DNA of 64,000 nt from Bacteroidota bacterium (lineage in GTDB: Bacteria; Bacteroidota; Bacteroidia; UKL13-3), in the NCBI GenBank assembly GCA_034439655.1, contig JAWXAU010000091.1, positions 1,129 through 65,128 on the forward strand, in the 5' to 3' direction. This document shows, in pieces, positions 28,851 through 38,119 of this stretch (its first letter is position 1; every line of letters starts with the position of its first letter). Below the pieces are notes generated by a model that worked only from the letters and a program-made list of their open reading frames with translations, searched no databases and was not told where the DNA came from. Position numbers and translations under genes: made by a program.

Positions 28851-29013
28851 TTTACGTTGATACGTTTTTACTTGTCAATAGAAATTTGTTTTCAAATAAT
28901 AATATTTTCCCCGAAGTTTGTGATAATTAGTTGCGAGTTGTATGTTGAGAGATGTCATCATGATAGCTATCGGAACTCATAACTAAATGAATAATAATTT
29001 AAAATAACAAATA

Positions 29014-30318
29014 ATGAAATACCAACATCTACCCCAGGAGTTCTATATAGAAAACCGTATAAAGTTTTGTGCCAAAATGCAACCTGGCTCCATCGCTATT
29101 TTTACCAGTAACGACGAGATGCCACGCAATGCAGATGCCTTTCACAATTGGAGGCAGAACAGTGATATCCTTTGGTTAACAGGTATCGACCAAGAACATA
29201 CCATGCTCATTTTATTTCCCGATTCTCCCAATCCTGATTTCAAGGAAGTATTATACTTGCGTGAAACCAATGAGACCATCGAAACTTGGGAAGGACATAA
29301 GTATAGCAAAGACGAGGCACATGAAACATCGGGTATTCATACTATTCATTGGAACCATGTTTTCAAACAACAATTGCATCCTGCCATTGTGCTGGCCGAA
29401 AATGTATACATGAATTTGAACGAACACGATCGTGCTGCGATACAGGTGCCCAATCAGGAACAGCGTTTGGCTAAAGACATTAGAGATCAATATCCTTTGC
29501 ACCGATACCATCGTGCGGCCCCTATTTTACATCGCTTGCGTGCAGTGAAATCTGCTATTGAAATAGAACAATTAAAACATGCTATAGAAATTGCCAACAA
29601 AGCATTTCGCAGGTTACTTAATTTTGTAAAACCTGGTGTGATGGAATATGAAGTAGAGGCAGAATTAATACATGAATATATCCGCAATGCTGGAACTGGT
29701 CATGCCTTTCAACCAATTGTAGCTTCGGGCAGCAGTGCTTGTATATTGCATTATGTAGAAAATAACAGACCTTGCAAGGATGGCGATTTATTATTAGTGG
29801 ACACTGGTTGTGAGTACGCTAACTATAATAGTGATTTAACACGTTGCATACCTGTAAATGGCAAATTTAGTAAGCGTCAAAAAGAAGTGTATGAAGCAGT
29901 ATTACGCTTGCAAGAAACTGCCATGAAATTATATTTGAAACCTGGAACTGTGTTACAGCAATATCATATAGAGTTTGGCCGACATATATCTGAAGAATGT
30001 ATTAAACTTGGCCTCTTAAAAAATGAAGAAGTGATGCGAAATCCCTTGGCGTATAAGAAATATTGTGTACATGGTATCTCCCATCATTTAGGTTTGGATG
30101 TGCATGATTCAGGGTTGCGTTGGGAAAAAATGGAACCTGGAATGGTGTTCACCGTAGAGCCCGGAATATATATAGCTGAAGAAGGAATCGGGGTACGTAT
30201 TGAAAACAATGTTTTGATAAGTGAAACAGGATGTGTAGATTTGATGCCTCAAATTCCCAAACAAATAGACGAAATAGAAAAACTGATGGCTAACAGAAAA
30301 ACAGAAATGGCCCATTAA
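29014..30318 (+). CDS. Xaa-Pro aminopeptidase (M24 family)
   Basis: 434 aa. The N-terminal creatinase-like domain is followed by the pita-bread domain with metal ligands (DTGCEY..., HGISHHLGLDVHD, EPGIYI). Confidence 0.8.
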   Translation: MKYQHLPQEFYIENRIKFCAKMQPGSIAIFTSNDEMPRNADAFHNWRQNSDILWLTGIDQEHTMLILFPDSPNPDFKEVLYLRETNETIETWEGHKYSKDEAHETSGIHTIHWNHVFKQQLHPAIVLAENVYMNLNEHDRAAIQVPNQEQRLAKDIRDQYPLHRYHRAAPILHRLRAVKSAIEIEQLKHAIEIANKAFRRLLNFVKPGVMEYEVEAELIHEYIRNAGTGHAFQPIVASGSSACILHYVENNRPCKDGDLLLVDTGCEYANYNSDLTRCIPVNGKFSKRQKEVYEAVLRLQETAMKLYLKPGTVLQQYHIEFGRHISEECIKLGLLKNEEVMRNPLAYKKYCVHGISHHLGLDVHDSGLRWEKMEPGMVFTVEPGIYIAEEGIGVRIENNVLISETGCVDLMPQIPKQIDEIEKLMANRKTEMAH

Positions 30319-30404
30319 AATAAATTACAAACGATGAATTTCGAATATTGCTTCCGCAGTTACAAAATAATTTAGCAAAGTTGTCAAACCTAGCTGCTAC
30401 CGAA

Positions 30405-30435
30405 TGGTGTAATTCGTAATTTGTCGTTCGTAATC
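30405..30435. repeat. TTCGTAAT direct repeats (same family as 16515..16652), preceded by a TTGTCAAACC box at 30381
   Basis: gtaattcgtaatttgtcgttcgtaatc. agttgtcaaacc (30379-30390) resembles the TTGTCAAATC motif. Confidence 0.5.
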
Positions 30436-30447
30436 TTTACAAATATT

Positions 30448-31137
30448 ATGAAAAAGTATATATTAATTCTGGCTGCAAACTTGTTTATATATGGTAATTT
30501 ATTTGCACAACACAAGGGCTATAAATCTGCAATCGGTATCACTTTTTCTCCCGATTATGCTTACCGCTCATTACTCACTACCGACTCGGCAAGTAAGATA
30601 ATCAAAGAAATTCAAAGAAACCCCCAAAACGGGATTATGGGTTTCACTTCGGGGCTTGATTATCGTTTCAAATTATTTGGTTTAGTCAATATAGAAACAG
30701 GCTTGAACTATACCAGAAAAGGATGGTCGAGCGATTCGGTGAATAGCAAATTTGTAATTACAAATTTGTTCAATTATAACTATGTAGTGGTTCCTGTGAA
30801 AATTAGAATTAATTTACCGGCTGGCCGCCGTAGGTTGTTTTATATTAATGCGGGTGTATCGGGAGGTGTATTGCTTGGGGCCGCCAAAACTGTAACAACT
30901 TCTTATTTTACAGGCACCTTTAAAACAGATAAAACAGCTATTAAATCTGATGTGAGTAATAAAATATATTATAGCATGGTGTTTGGATTTGGTTTAGATT
31001 ATCGTATGGTAAGTAATCTATATTTCAAGATTGAACCTAATTTTCAAAGAACAATGAGTGAGTACTCTAAAGAAACTTTGAGCTCGTTCTTAAACTCAGG
31101 AGGCGTGAATTTGGGGCTACTTTGGGGACTTAAATAA
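30448..31137 (+). CDS. Outer-membrane beta-barrel (porin-family) protein
   Basis: Start is probably the ATG at 30448 (MKKYILILAANLFIYGNLFAQ signal). Alternating amphipathic strands and a C-terminal aromatic-rich end. Confidence 0.55.
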   Translation: MKKYILILAANLFIYGNLFAQHKGYKSAIGITFSPDYAYRSLLTTDSASKIIKEIQRNPQNGIMGFTSGLDYRFKLFGLVNIETGLNYTRKGWSSDSVNSKFVITNLFNYNYVVVPVKIRINLPAGRRRLFYINAGVSGGVLLGAAKTVTTSYFTGTFKTDKTAIKSDVSNKIYYSMVFGFGLDYRMVSNLYFKIEPNFQRTMSEYSKETLSSFLNSGGVNLGLLWGLK

Positions 31138-31227
31138 TTAATGATTTAAAGATTAGTTGTGAGTAGCGTGTTGTGAGACCAACTGCTCGAAAGAACCCTT
31201 ACAACCCACAACCCGCAACAATTAAAT

Positions 31228-32166
31228 ATGAAATTAATCTCTATAGTAATTCCTTCTTATAATGAACAGGACAATGTAGTGCTACTTGCCAATAAGGTAG
31301 TGGAGCAATTAGAGGGAAAATATAATTATGAATTAATTTTTGTGGATGATGGAAGTAGTGATGGAACCTTAGAAAATTTAAAGAAATTAAATCAGCAAAA
31401 CAGTAAAATACATTACCTTAGTTTTTCTCGTAATTTTGGTCATCAAAAAGCATTGCGATGCGGCTTGGCATACTCACAAGGCGATGCGGTAATATCAATG
31501 GATGCAGATATGCAACATCCTCCCTACATGATACCACAACTAATAGAAAAATGGGAAGCGGGTTATGATATTGTGTACACCCAAAGACTCGACACGCAAG
31601 ATGTGAGTATATTCAAACGCACAACCTCCTCTTTTTTTTATAAAATGACAAGTCGTTTGGCAGATATCGAAATGGAAGAAGGCACTGCCGATTTTAGATT
31701 ATTGGACCGCAAAGTAGCCAATATTATAAACCGAACAGGAGAGAGTAATTTATTTATTCGTGGGTTTATTGTGTGGATGGGATTTAAGAAATACAAAATT
31801 GCTTATAAGCCAGAGCCTCGTCATTCGGGTGTTACCAAATATACATTTAAAAAAATGTTTTTATTTGCACTTAATGGCATCACTTCCTTTAGTGTAAAAC
31901 CATTATATATTTCTACGGTTCTTGGTGTTATTATTTCCTTCTTTAGTTTTTTATATGCACTGTATGCGATATATAATTATTTTTTCAAAAACGGTGTGGT
32001 GGACGGATGGACATCCATACTTGTAAGCGTATTGTTTATTGGTGGTTTGCAATTAATTATTCTGGGAATTATAGGGGAATATTTAGGCAAATTATTTATG
32101 CAAACTAAAAATAGACCCGATTATATTGTAAGCGAAAGTAGCATGAAAGAAGTAGCTAGTAGCTAG
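31228..32166 (+). CDS. Family 2 glycosyltransferase, polyprenyl-phosphate sugar transferase type (DPM1/ArnC-like) with C-terminal TM helices
   Basis: 312 aa. SIVIPSYNEQDNV...FVDDGSSDGT...DADMQHPP. Confidence 0.75.
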   Translation: MKLISIVIPSYNEQDNVVLLANKVVEQLEGKYNYELIFVDDGSSDGTLENLKKLNQQNSKIHYLSFSRNFGHQKALRCGLAYSQGDAVISMDADMQHPPYMIPQLIEKWEAGYDIVYTQRLDTQDVSIFKRTTSSFFYKMTSRLADIEMEEGTADFRLLDRKVANIINRTGESNLFIRGFIVWMGFKKYKIAYKPEPRHSGVTKYTFKKMFLFALNGITSFSVKPLYISTVLGVIISFFSFLYALYAIYNYFFKNGVVDGWTSILVSVLFIGGLQLIILGIIGEYLGKLFMQTKNRPDYIVSESSMKEVASS

Positions 32167-32356
32167 CCCGCCGCGGCTGTAAGTATAAAGACTTAGCTAC
32201 CATTCAACACTGTTTTGTCTTTATACTATTAGCAAAAATGAGAAAAATGAATATCAGAATAGAAGGGAGTTAGTATTTGTACTTTGTTGCTATTCAATGT
32301 TTTTTATCTTTATACTATATACTTTGTACCTTATACTATATACTTTATACTAAAAA

Positions 32357-33085
32357 ATGGCGAGCGAAAAATCAAGAGGTATCATTATCAACCACGTAAA
32401 TTATAGTGAGACGAGCGTGGTATGCAATATTTTTACCCGCGAACATGGATTGCTAGGATTTATGATGAAAGGTTTGCGTAGAGGTAAAGGAGCCATCAAA
32501 AGCAGTCATATTATGTCGCTCAATCTTGTAGATATTATATTCGACAAAAAACCCAGTCAGCAATTACTCACACTCAAAGAACTGCACTGCAATCCTTTGT
32601 TGATGGGTATTCACGGAGAAATAAATAAGAACGCCTTATCAATTTTTATCAGTGAAGTATTACAGAAAAATTTATATAAAGAACATATAGACCAAAGTTT
32701 GTTCGATTATTTAGAAAGCAGTATTATATATATCAACCGTACAAAAAATATAGCCAACCTGCCATGTTATTTTTTGATAAAATTAGCTGTGTTTATGGGT
32801 TTCAAGCCCAAGGGTGCTTGGCAGCCTGATGAGTTATTGATGCTAGATATTTTTGATGGAATATTTACCAATTTGGTTAAAAAGGACCACCCACAACTGT
32901 CAGTAAATGCCAGTAGGTATATATATAATTTGCTAAACAGCACTATTGAGCAACAAGAGGACTTGACTGAGTCTTATCAAACAAGAATAGAAGCTTTGGA
33001 TGGCTTGGTAGATTATTTTCAATTCCATATACTTAACCAACGAAAATTGATTTCTCACCAAATTTTACATGATATTTTAAGATGA
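32357..33085 (+). CDS. recO: DNA repair protein RecO
   Basis: 242 aa. The N-terminal OB fold is followed by the RecO C-terminal region. Conserved in position. Confidence 0.7.
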   Translation: MASEKSRGIIINHVNYSETSVVCNIFTREHGLLGFMMKGLRRGKGAIKSSHIMSLNLVDIIFDKKPSQQLLTLKELHCNPLLMGIHGEINKNALSIFISEVLQKNLYKEHIDQSLFDYLESSIIYINRTKNIANLPCYFLIKLAVFMGFKPKGAWQPDELLMLDIFDGIFTNLVKKDHPQLSVNASRYIYNLLNSTIEQQEDLTESYQTRIEALDGLVDYFQFHILNQRKLISHQILHDILR

Positions 33086-33546
33086 CCAAATTGTTATTTG
33101 TTTGCTTAGGCAATATTTGCCGATCGCCCATGGCTGAAGCAATAATGAACCACTATATTAAAGAGCTCGATCTGGATGTAAGCTGCGACAGTGCGGGAAC
33201 TTCCAGCAACCATGTAGGCGAAAGACTCGACAAAAGAGCACTCAAAAAATTGAACGAACATGGTATCGAAGCACCTCATCGGGCACGACAATTTTCTAGT
33301 GCTGATTTTAAGGAATTTGATTTTATCTTTGCCATGGATAAACAGAACCTACAAGACATTTTGAGATTATCGAACCATAGCCATAATGCCCAAATCAAGC
33401 TGATGCGAGCTTACGATCCAACTCCTGAAAACTGCGAAGTTCCAGACCCTTGGTTTGGCGACTTCCAAGGTTTTGAGCCAGTGTATCAAATGCTTGACAG
33501 AACAGTTCTAAATTTTCTGAAAGCGGAAAACTTTATTTATAAATAA
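33082..33546 (+). CDS. Low-molecular-weight protein-tyrosine phosphatase
   Basis: 154 aa. P-loop LFVCLGNICRSPMAEA plus DP aspartate (DPWFGD). Confidence 0.9.
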   Translation: MTKLLFVCLGNICRSPMAEAIMNHYIKELDLDVSCDSAGTSSNHVGERLDKRALKKLNEHGIEAPHRARQFSSADFKEFDFIFAMDKQNLQDILRLSNHSHNAQIKLMRAYDPTPENCEVPDPWFGDFQGFEPVYQMLDRTVLNFLKAENFIYK

Positions 33547-33571
33547 TTTTAAAAACCTATCCAATTTAATA

Positions 33572-34087
33572 ATGATACACGAAGAACCTACGAGACATAG
33601 TCCTGACAACACAAAGTCAGATGAGAAAAAAAACGAACAAAATCTGCCTGTGGTATTGTTTGTTGACGATGATGAAAATAATCTTACCAGTTATGTGAGC
33701 AATTACCGAAACGTTTTTAAAGTATACACAGCCAATAACGGTATTGAAGCAATGCTTAAAATGGAATGGCAAAAGTTTGATGTAGTAGTTTGCGACCAAA
33801 GAATGGAAGGAATGACTGGCATAGAGTTTTTAAAAAATGTAGCTAAATTATATCCCGGTACTATTAGAATATTCGCCACAGGATATACTGATTATGAACA
33901 TCTGATGGATGCCATAAATGAAGCAGGTGTATATAAGTGTGTGTTTAAACCCATTGATCACGATAAGCTTTTAAGTTACTTATACTCTGGTGCCAACCTT
34001 GCAAAAGCATACCACGATGGAAAGTATCTATTGGAGAACTTAAGAGAGAAGCATAAAAAAATGTATAAGGAAGATATAAAGGAGTAA
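33572..34087 (+). CDS. Stand-alone response-regulator receiver domain protein
   Basis: 171 aa. VLFVDDDE...VVVCDQRMEGMTG...K (phospho-acceptor Asp in VVVCD). No output domain and no adjacent kinase. Confidence 0.7.
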   Translation: MIHEEPTRHSPDNTKSDEKKNEQNLPVVLFVDDDENNLTSYVSNYRNVFKVYTANNGIEAMLKMEWQKFDVVVCDQRMEGMTGIEFLKNVAKLYPGTIRIFATGYTDYEHLMDAINEAGVYKCVFKPIDHDKLLSYLYSGANLAKAYHDGKYLLENLREKHKKMYKEDIKE

Positions 34088-34162
34088 TGCCTTTTTTGAA
34101 CCTGTATGAATATTATTAACTTACGTCGCCTAAGGATGATTATTATAAGATAAGTTTACCTT

Positions 34163-35950
34163 TTGCGACATCTTATGCAAAAACTAATTTTATGTTCCTT
34201 TTGTATTGTCATTCTTTTAGGTATCGTACCCATACAATCTCGGGCACAAGCACTAAACAATGATTTTCGTATTGGGGTTTTCGGTACCAGCTTAGGGTGG
34301 TATTATAGCGATTCACTCGGCTATGTTCCCTACCACGAACCTTATATGAACGACAGCTATTATTCCAGCGTCCTCAATGTGCTTGCCGCGGATGGTTTCA
34401 ATACCTATGTTAGATACGAAGCTTGTTCGTCGGGAATGCGGGAAAATTACCTGAAACAAGAATTATTATTGGCCAAAAAAGTTGGGATGAAAATGCATGT
34501 GGGATTGGGGTATTATTTTAAGCCCACACTTATAAAAGATACATTTTATGGAAGTGGTGATAATATATATGATGCCTGTGGAGTGAAAATATTGCCACAA
34601 GAAAGTGCCGAAGAAAAGGGATTATATAGAATAGATTATAGTCATTATTTTAACAGTATATTTTCAAAGGCACCCTACAAAGATGCTATATGGGGATACC
34701 ACTTGGCAGAGGAAGCAGAATATTGCCACCTACAGCACAGGGGCAGTGATTGCAAGGGTTTTGCGGGATGGGGTGAGTTTGAAGCAAGCAGTACAAGCTG
34801 CAATGGCTACAATTCTAAATTTCCTTACTATTGTAAATGTGAAACACCGCCAGAAAATATAGAATCAGCAAAAAACTATTTCAAAGATATATTAAATTCC
34901 AATGGAGTTTATAATCATCATTTTATTACTATGCCCGCTAACCATGGCAAATCTATCAATAAAAATTCATACGATGATAATAATAGTATCTATGATTCAG
35001 TAACACAGAAATGGTCGGGATTCAATTCGCCAGATTATATAAAGATAATGACCCAAAAACAGGATGTGGTTTTTGAAGGTTCCTATACCACCGTAGGAAG
35101 TAGAACAAAACATACCAAAGAAAAATACAAGAATATATACTCCAATAAATATCATTATTTGGGACAATATAAATCGATTGATTTCATAAAAAAATATTGT
35201 AGCAATATACAAAAAGTAGTTGCGGTGGGAAATACTTGGTATGCTGATGGTGGTGGATATTTGAACAATTATCATTTAGATACCAATATAAAAAATGCAA
35301 ATTGGTTGTGGTTTCAGGCATATACTTCTATCATACACGGAGCAAATGGAATATGGTTTTGGTGGCTGCACGATATGTGGCAAATGGACGAAAACCCCAA
35401 TGTGTGGGACAATACTAAAGACACCGATAGATATGCCCGCGAGAATTTCCCCAAACTATATAAAAATTATGTGTCTTATTTAACAAGAGAAGTGCGATAT
35501 CTCGTCAATTTAAATTTAATTTCTACTGAACCCAATACTATATTAATGGGTAAAACAGATCATACTGATACAAACCATATCATTCCTCCTTCAAAAGAAT
35601 ATATAAAGCATATCAAAAAAGAATACAGGAATGAAAATTATGGCCTTCGATATACTATAAGAACAAATGGGGAGAATATTATAATGATTATTTCAAACCC
35701 ATGCTATAAAGCAGTTTCAACCACTTTAGATTTTTCTAAAATTAAAAATGATATGATACAAAAATCTGATAGCGTAACGGTATTGTTTGAGGACGGTACA
35801 AAGATTTCCAAACCCTCATATAAAGTTGATCGGAACTCGCATCAATCTGCTCATTATAATATAGCATTGAAGAAACACAAGTTAAAAATTGAAATGGGGC
35901 CTTTGGATGTGAAGATACTTTTGTTCGGGCCTAAGCTTGTAAGTCAGTAG
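34163..35950 (+). CDS. Hypothetical secreted protein (possible glycoside-hydrolase-like fold)
   Basis: 595 aa with a signal peptide. Trp/Tyr-rich. No firm domain assignment. Confidence 0.45.
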   Translation: MRHLMQKLILCSFCIVILLGIVPIQSRAQALNNDFRIGVFGTSLGWYYSDSLGYVPYHEPYMNDSYYSSVLNVLAADGFNTYVRYEACSSGMRENYLKQELLLAKKVGMKMHVGLGYYFKPTLIKDTFYGSGDNIYDACGVKILPQESAEEKGLYRIDYSHYFNSIFSKAPYKDAIWGYHLAEEAEYCHLQHRGSDCKGFAGWGEFEASSTSCNGYNSKFPYYCKCETPPENIESAKNYFKDILNSNGVYNHHFITMPANHGKSINKNSYDDNNSIYDSVTQKWSGFNSPDYIKIMTQKQDVVFEGSYTTVGSRTKHTKEKYKNIYSNKYHYLGQYKSIDFIKKYCSNIQKVVAVGNTWYADGGGYLNNYHLDTNIKNANWLWFQAYTSIIHGANGIWFWWLHDMWQMDENPNVWDNTKDTDRYARENFPKLYKNYVSYLTREVRYLVNLNLISTEPNTILMGKTDHTDTNHIIPPSKEYIKHIKKEYRNENYGLRYTIRTNGENIIMIISNPCYKAVSTTLDFSKIKNDMIQKSDSVTVLFEDGTKISKPSYKVDRNSHQSAHYNIALKKHKLKIEMGPLDVKILLFGPKLVSQ

Positions 35951-36101
35951 TATATATCTTGATGAGCTTTTACAAATTTCTGTGCGATTGAATTCCCGTC
36001 TTTATAGTTTGCTTCTAAGTAGAAATAGATCGTCAGTATTATGCCGTATTATTCATATAATATAGCACAAGGAAGTGAGAATGCTTTTTGAATTTGATAT
36101 A

Positions 36102-36989
36102 TCAATTTGCTTTTACGAACCGTTGTACTGAGTTTCTTCCATCTTTATAATTTACCTGCAAAAGATATACTCCAGTTGGATACGAAGCTATATTAATTTC
36201 CCTGTTATAATCTTTTGTTAGATACAATTCCCTGCCTGAAACATCCAATATTTTAATATTGAGAACTTCGGGTGCTATATCTCCAAAATTTAACTTTAAA
36301 TTATCAGAAACCGGATTTGGGATAATTGTAAAGCCTATGTTTCTAGGGGTAACTCCTTCATTAGCACTAAGGCCTCTTGTTAGTTCATGAACAATCCAAC
36401 TTATTAATATGCGATTGGGTGCCACCAACTGAATAGAAACAGGATAATCATTGCCCAATCAACCGACAGGCTTTAATAGAAACAATTTTTTATAACCTGT
36501 TTTTGTGAATATTATATCGTAGTCATTGCTGGTATAGTTACCAATGCCCCAATTTGATGGTGCCGTACCGTTAAAAGAGAATATATTATAAACAATGTTT
36601 GTAGTATAGTCGGTATCATTATTATTACTCCCTTCTTGGATGCTAGTATCGGAAGAATATAATATATCAAAATTATGGTTCATCAATAATACATAGTCAT
36701 TACCTACCTTTGATCGGACATCAAACTTTTTTCCTTGAAACACCACATAATCATTATTAATAGCGGAATCCCTATATACAAAAAGATAAGTCCTAAAAAC
36801 GCTGTCGTTTATTCTTTCAAACTTGTGAACGGTTGACTGTGGGTATGTGCCTGCTATTACCTGTTTGATAACATTTCCGCTGGTATCTAACATAGCAATA
36901 CCAAAACCTTTAATATCGGCATATGATTGTGCTTGAATAGTTATATAACTTATTGCACAAAAAGTGATGGTCAAAATTAGTTTTTTCAT
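36102..36989 (-). pseudogene. T9SS cargo protein gene interrupted by an in-frame TGA (signal peptide + body, then C-terminal sorting domain)
   Basis: ORFs 36459..36989 and 36102..36458 are contiguous and in the same frame, separated only by TGA (36459-36461). The downstream part ends with the T9SS type-A sorting domain (...NPVSDNLKLNF...ILDVSGRELY...GVYLLQV...). Confidence 0.45.
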
Positions 36990-36997
36990 AACGTTAT

Positions 36998-37672
36998 TTA
37001 ATTAAGATAATATGATATAAAGATGTTTGGTACAGCAAAACTAAAAGAGTTTACATAGTTATTACCTGCAGGTTTTGTCAAATCAATATAATATTGGAAT
37101 CCACACTCCATTTTTTTGCCGCTATAGGTAAAACCCCACAAAAAGCCTGCATCAAATCGTGTCCAATTCAATTTATTTGAAGTATAGTCAGCAAAACCTC
37201 GACCTTTAGTACTATAGGCATTATCGAGATTGTTATAAACAGTTCCATTAAATCCAATTCCATAATTTAAATTGATATGCTTACCAAGAGTTGACGAGAG
37301 GGAGAAATTCAGGTTTATAAGAAATTGATTTACATGCAAGTCTAACTCTTTCAATCTTGATGTCCTACGTGCTGCTATGTCTCGTAGGGTGTCTGTTACA
37401 AAATAAAATCTTCTTAAGCCCATATTTGCTGAAATATTTCCTGCCAAACGCTTTCTTATATGTTTTTTTACTCCATACCCACCTGTAAAATATCCACCCG
37501 CAAGGCTGCGGCCATATCTTCTTTGCCCTGGATACACATACGGAACGCTAACAGGACCACTATAGCTGGTAAAGGCTGTCCCAATATTTGTTGAAAGAAA
37601 ATGCCTGTTTTCTTGAGCGTTGCAAATGCATATTGAAAAAAATATAATCAATATCAATAATCTTTTTATCAT
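36998..37672 (-). CDS. Outer-membrane beta-barrel protein
   Basis: 224 aa with a signal peptide. Gly/Tyr-rich alternating strands. Confidence 0.5.
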   Translation of the reverse strand: MIKRLLILIIFFSICICNAQENRHFLSTNIGTAFTSYSGPVSVPYVYPGQRRYGRSLAGGYFTGGYGVKKHIRKRLAGNISANMGLRRFYFVTDTLRDIAARRTSRLKELDLHVNQFLINLNFSLSSTLGKHINLNYGIGFNGTVYNNLDNAYSTKGRGFADYTSNKLNWTRFDAGFLWGFTYSGKKMECGFQYYIDLTKPAGNNYVNSFSFAVPNIFISYYLN

Positions 37673-38119
37673 GTTATTTACTAATGGATACTGGCACTGT
37701 TAAGCGGTTTGGGAAATAACCCGCCTCCCATTTTGTACAAACTTTAGAGAAAAAAAGAGTGTCGTCCTTATATAAATAGGTTTTCATGGCGATTGCAGGA
37801 TTTGTATTAGATACACGCAATTTCAATAATTCATACTTGTCCCAATCGCCCATAAAACATGACATTTCATCATCAACAATGAACTGAGATGTTTGTGAAA
37901 AAGAATCAGTAACAGTTAAAAAGGTTAAGAATAAAATATAAAAATAATGTTTTTTCGTATATATATAATAGTTTATTTATTCAATTATATTATTTATAAT
38001 TTCACAACTCATTAAAAAAACATAGCTTGTGGTTGGTGAGGACACACAACCAAGGACATCTATGGTTCTATTATGCTCAGAGCACATATATGCCACAATT
38101 AATTATTCATCATTAACCA

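Noticed and set aside
37674-37865. 63-aa ORF directly upstream of the porin-like gene
   Set aside because: No signal peptide or conserved motif. It is in a different frame from the downstream gene, so it is not a split gene. Probably a spurious or very small leader ORF, and left unannotated.
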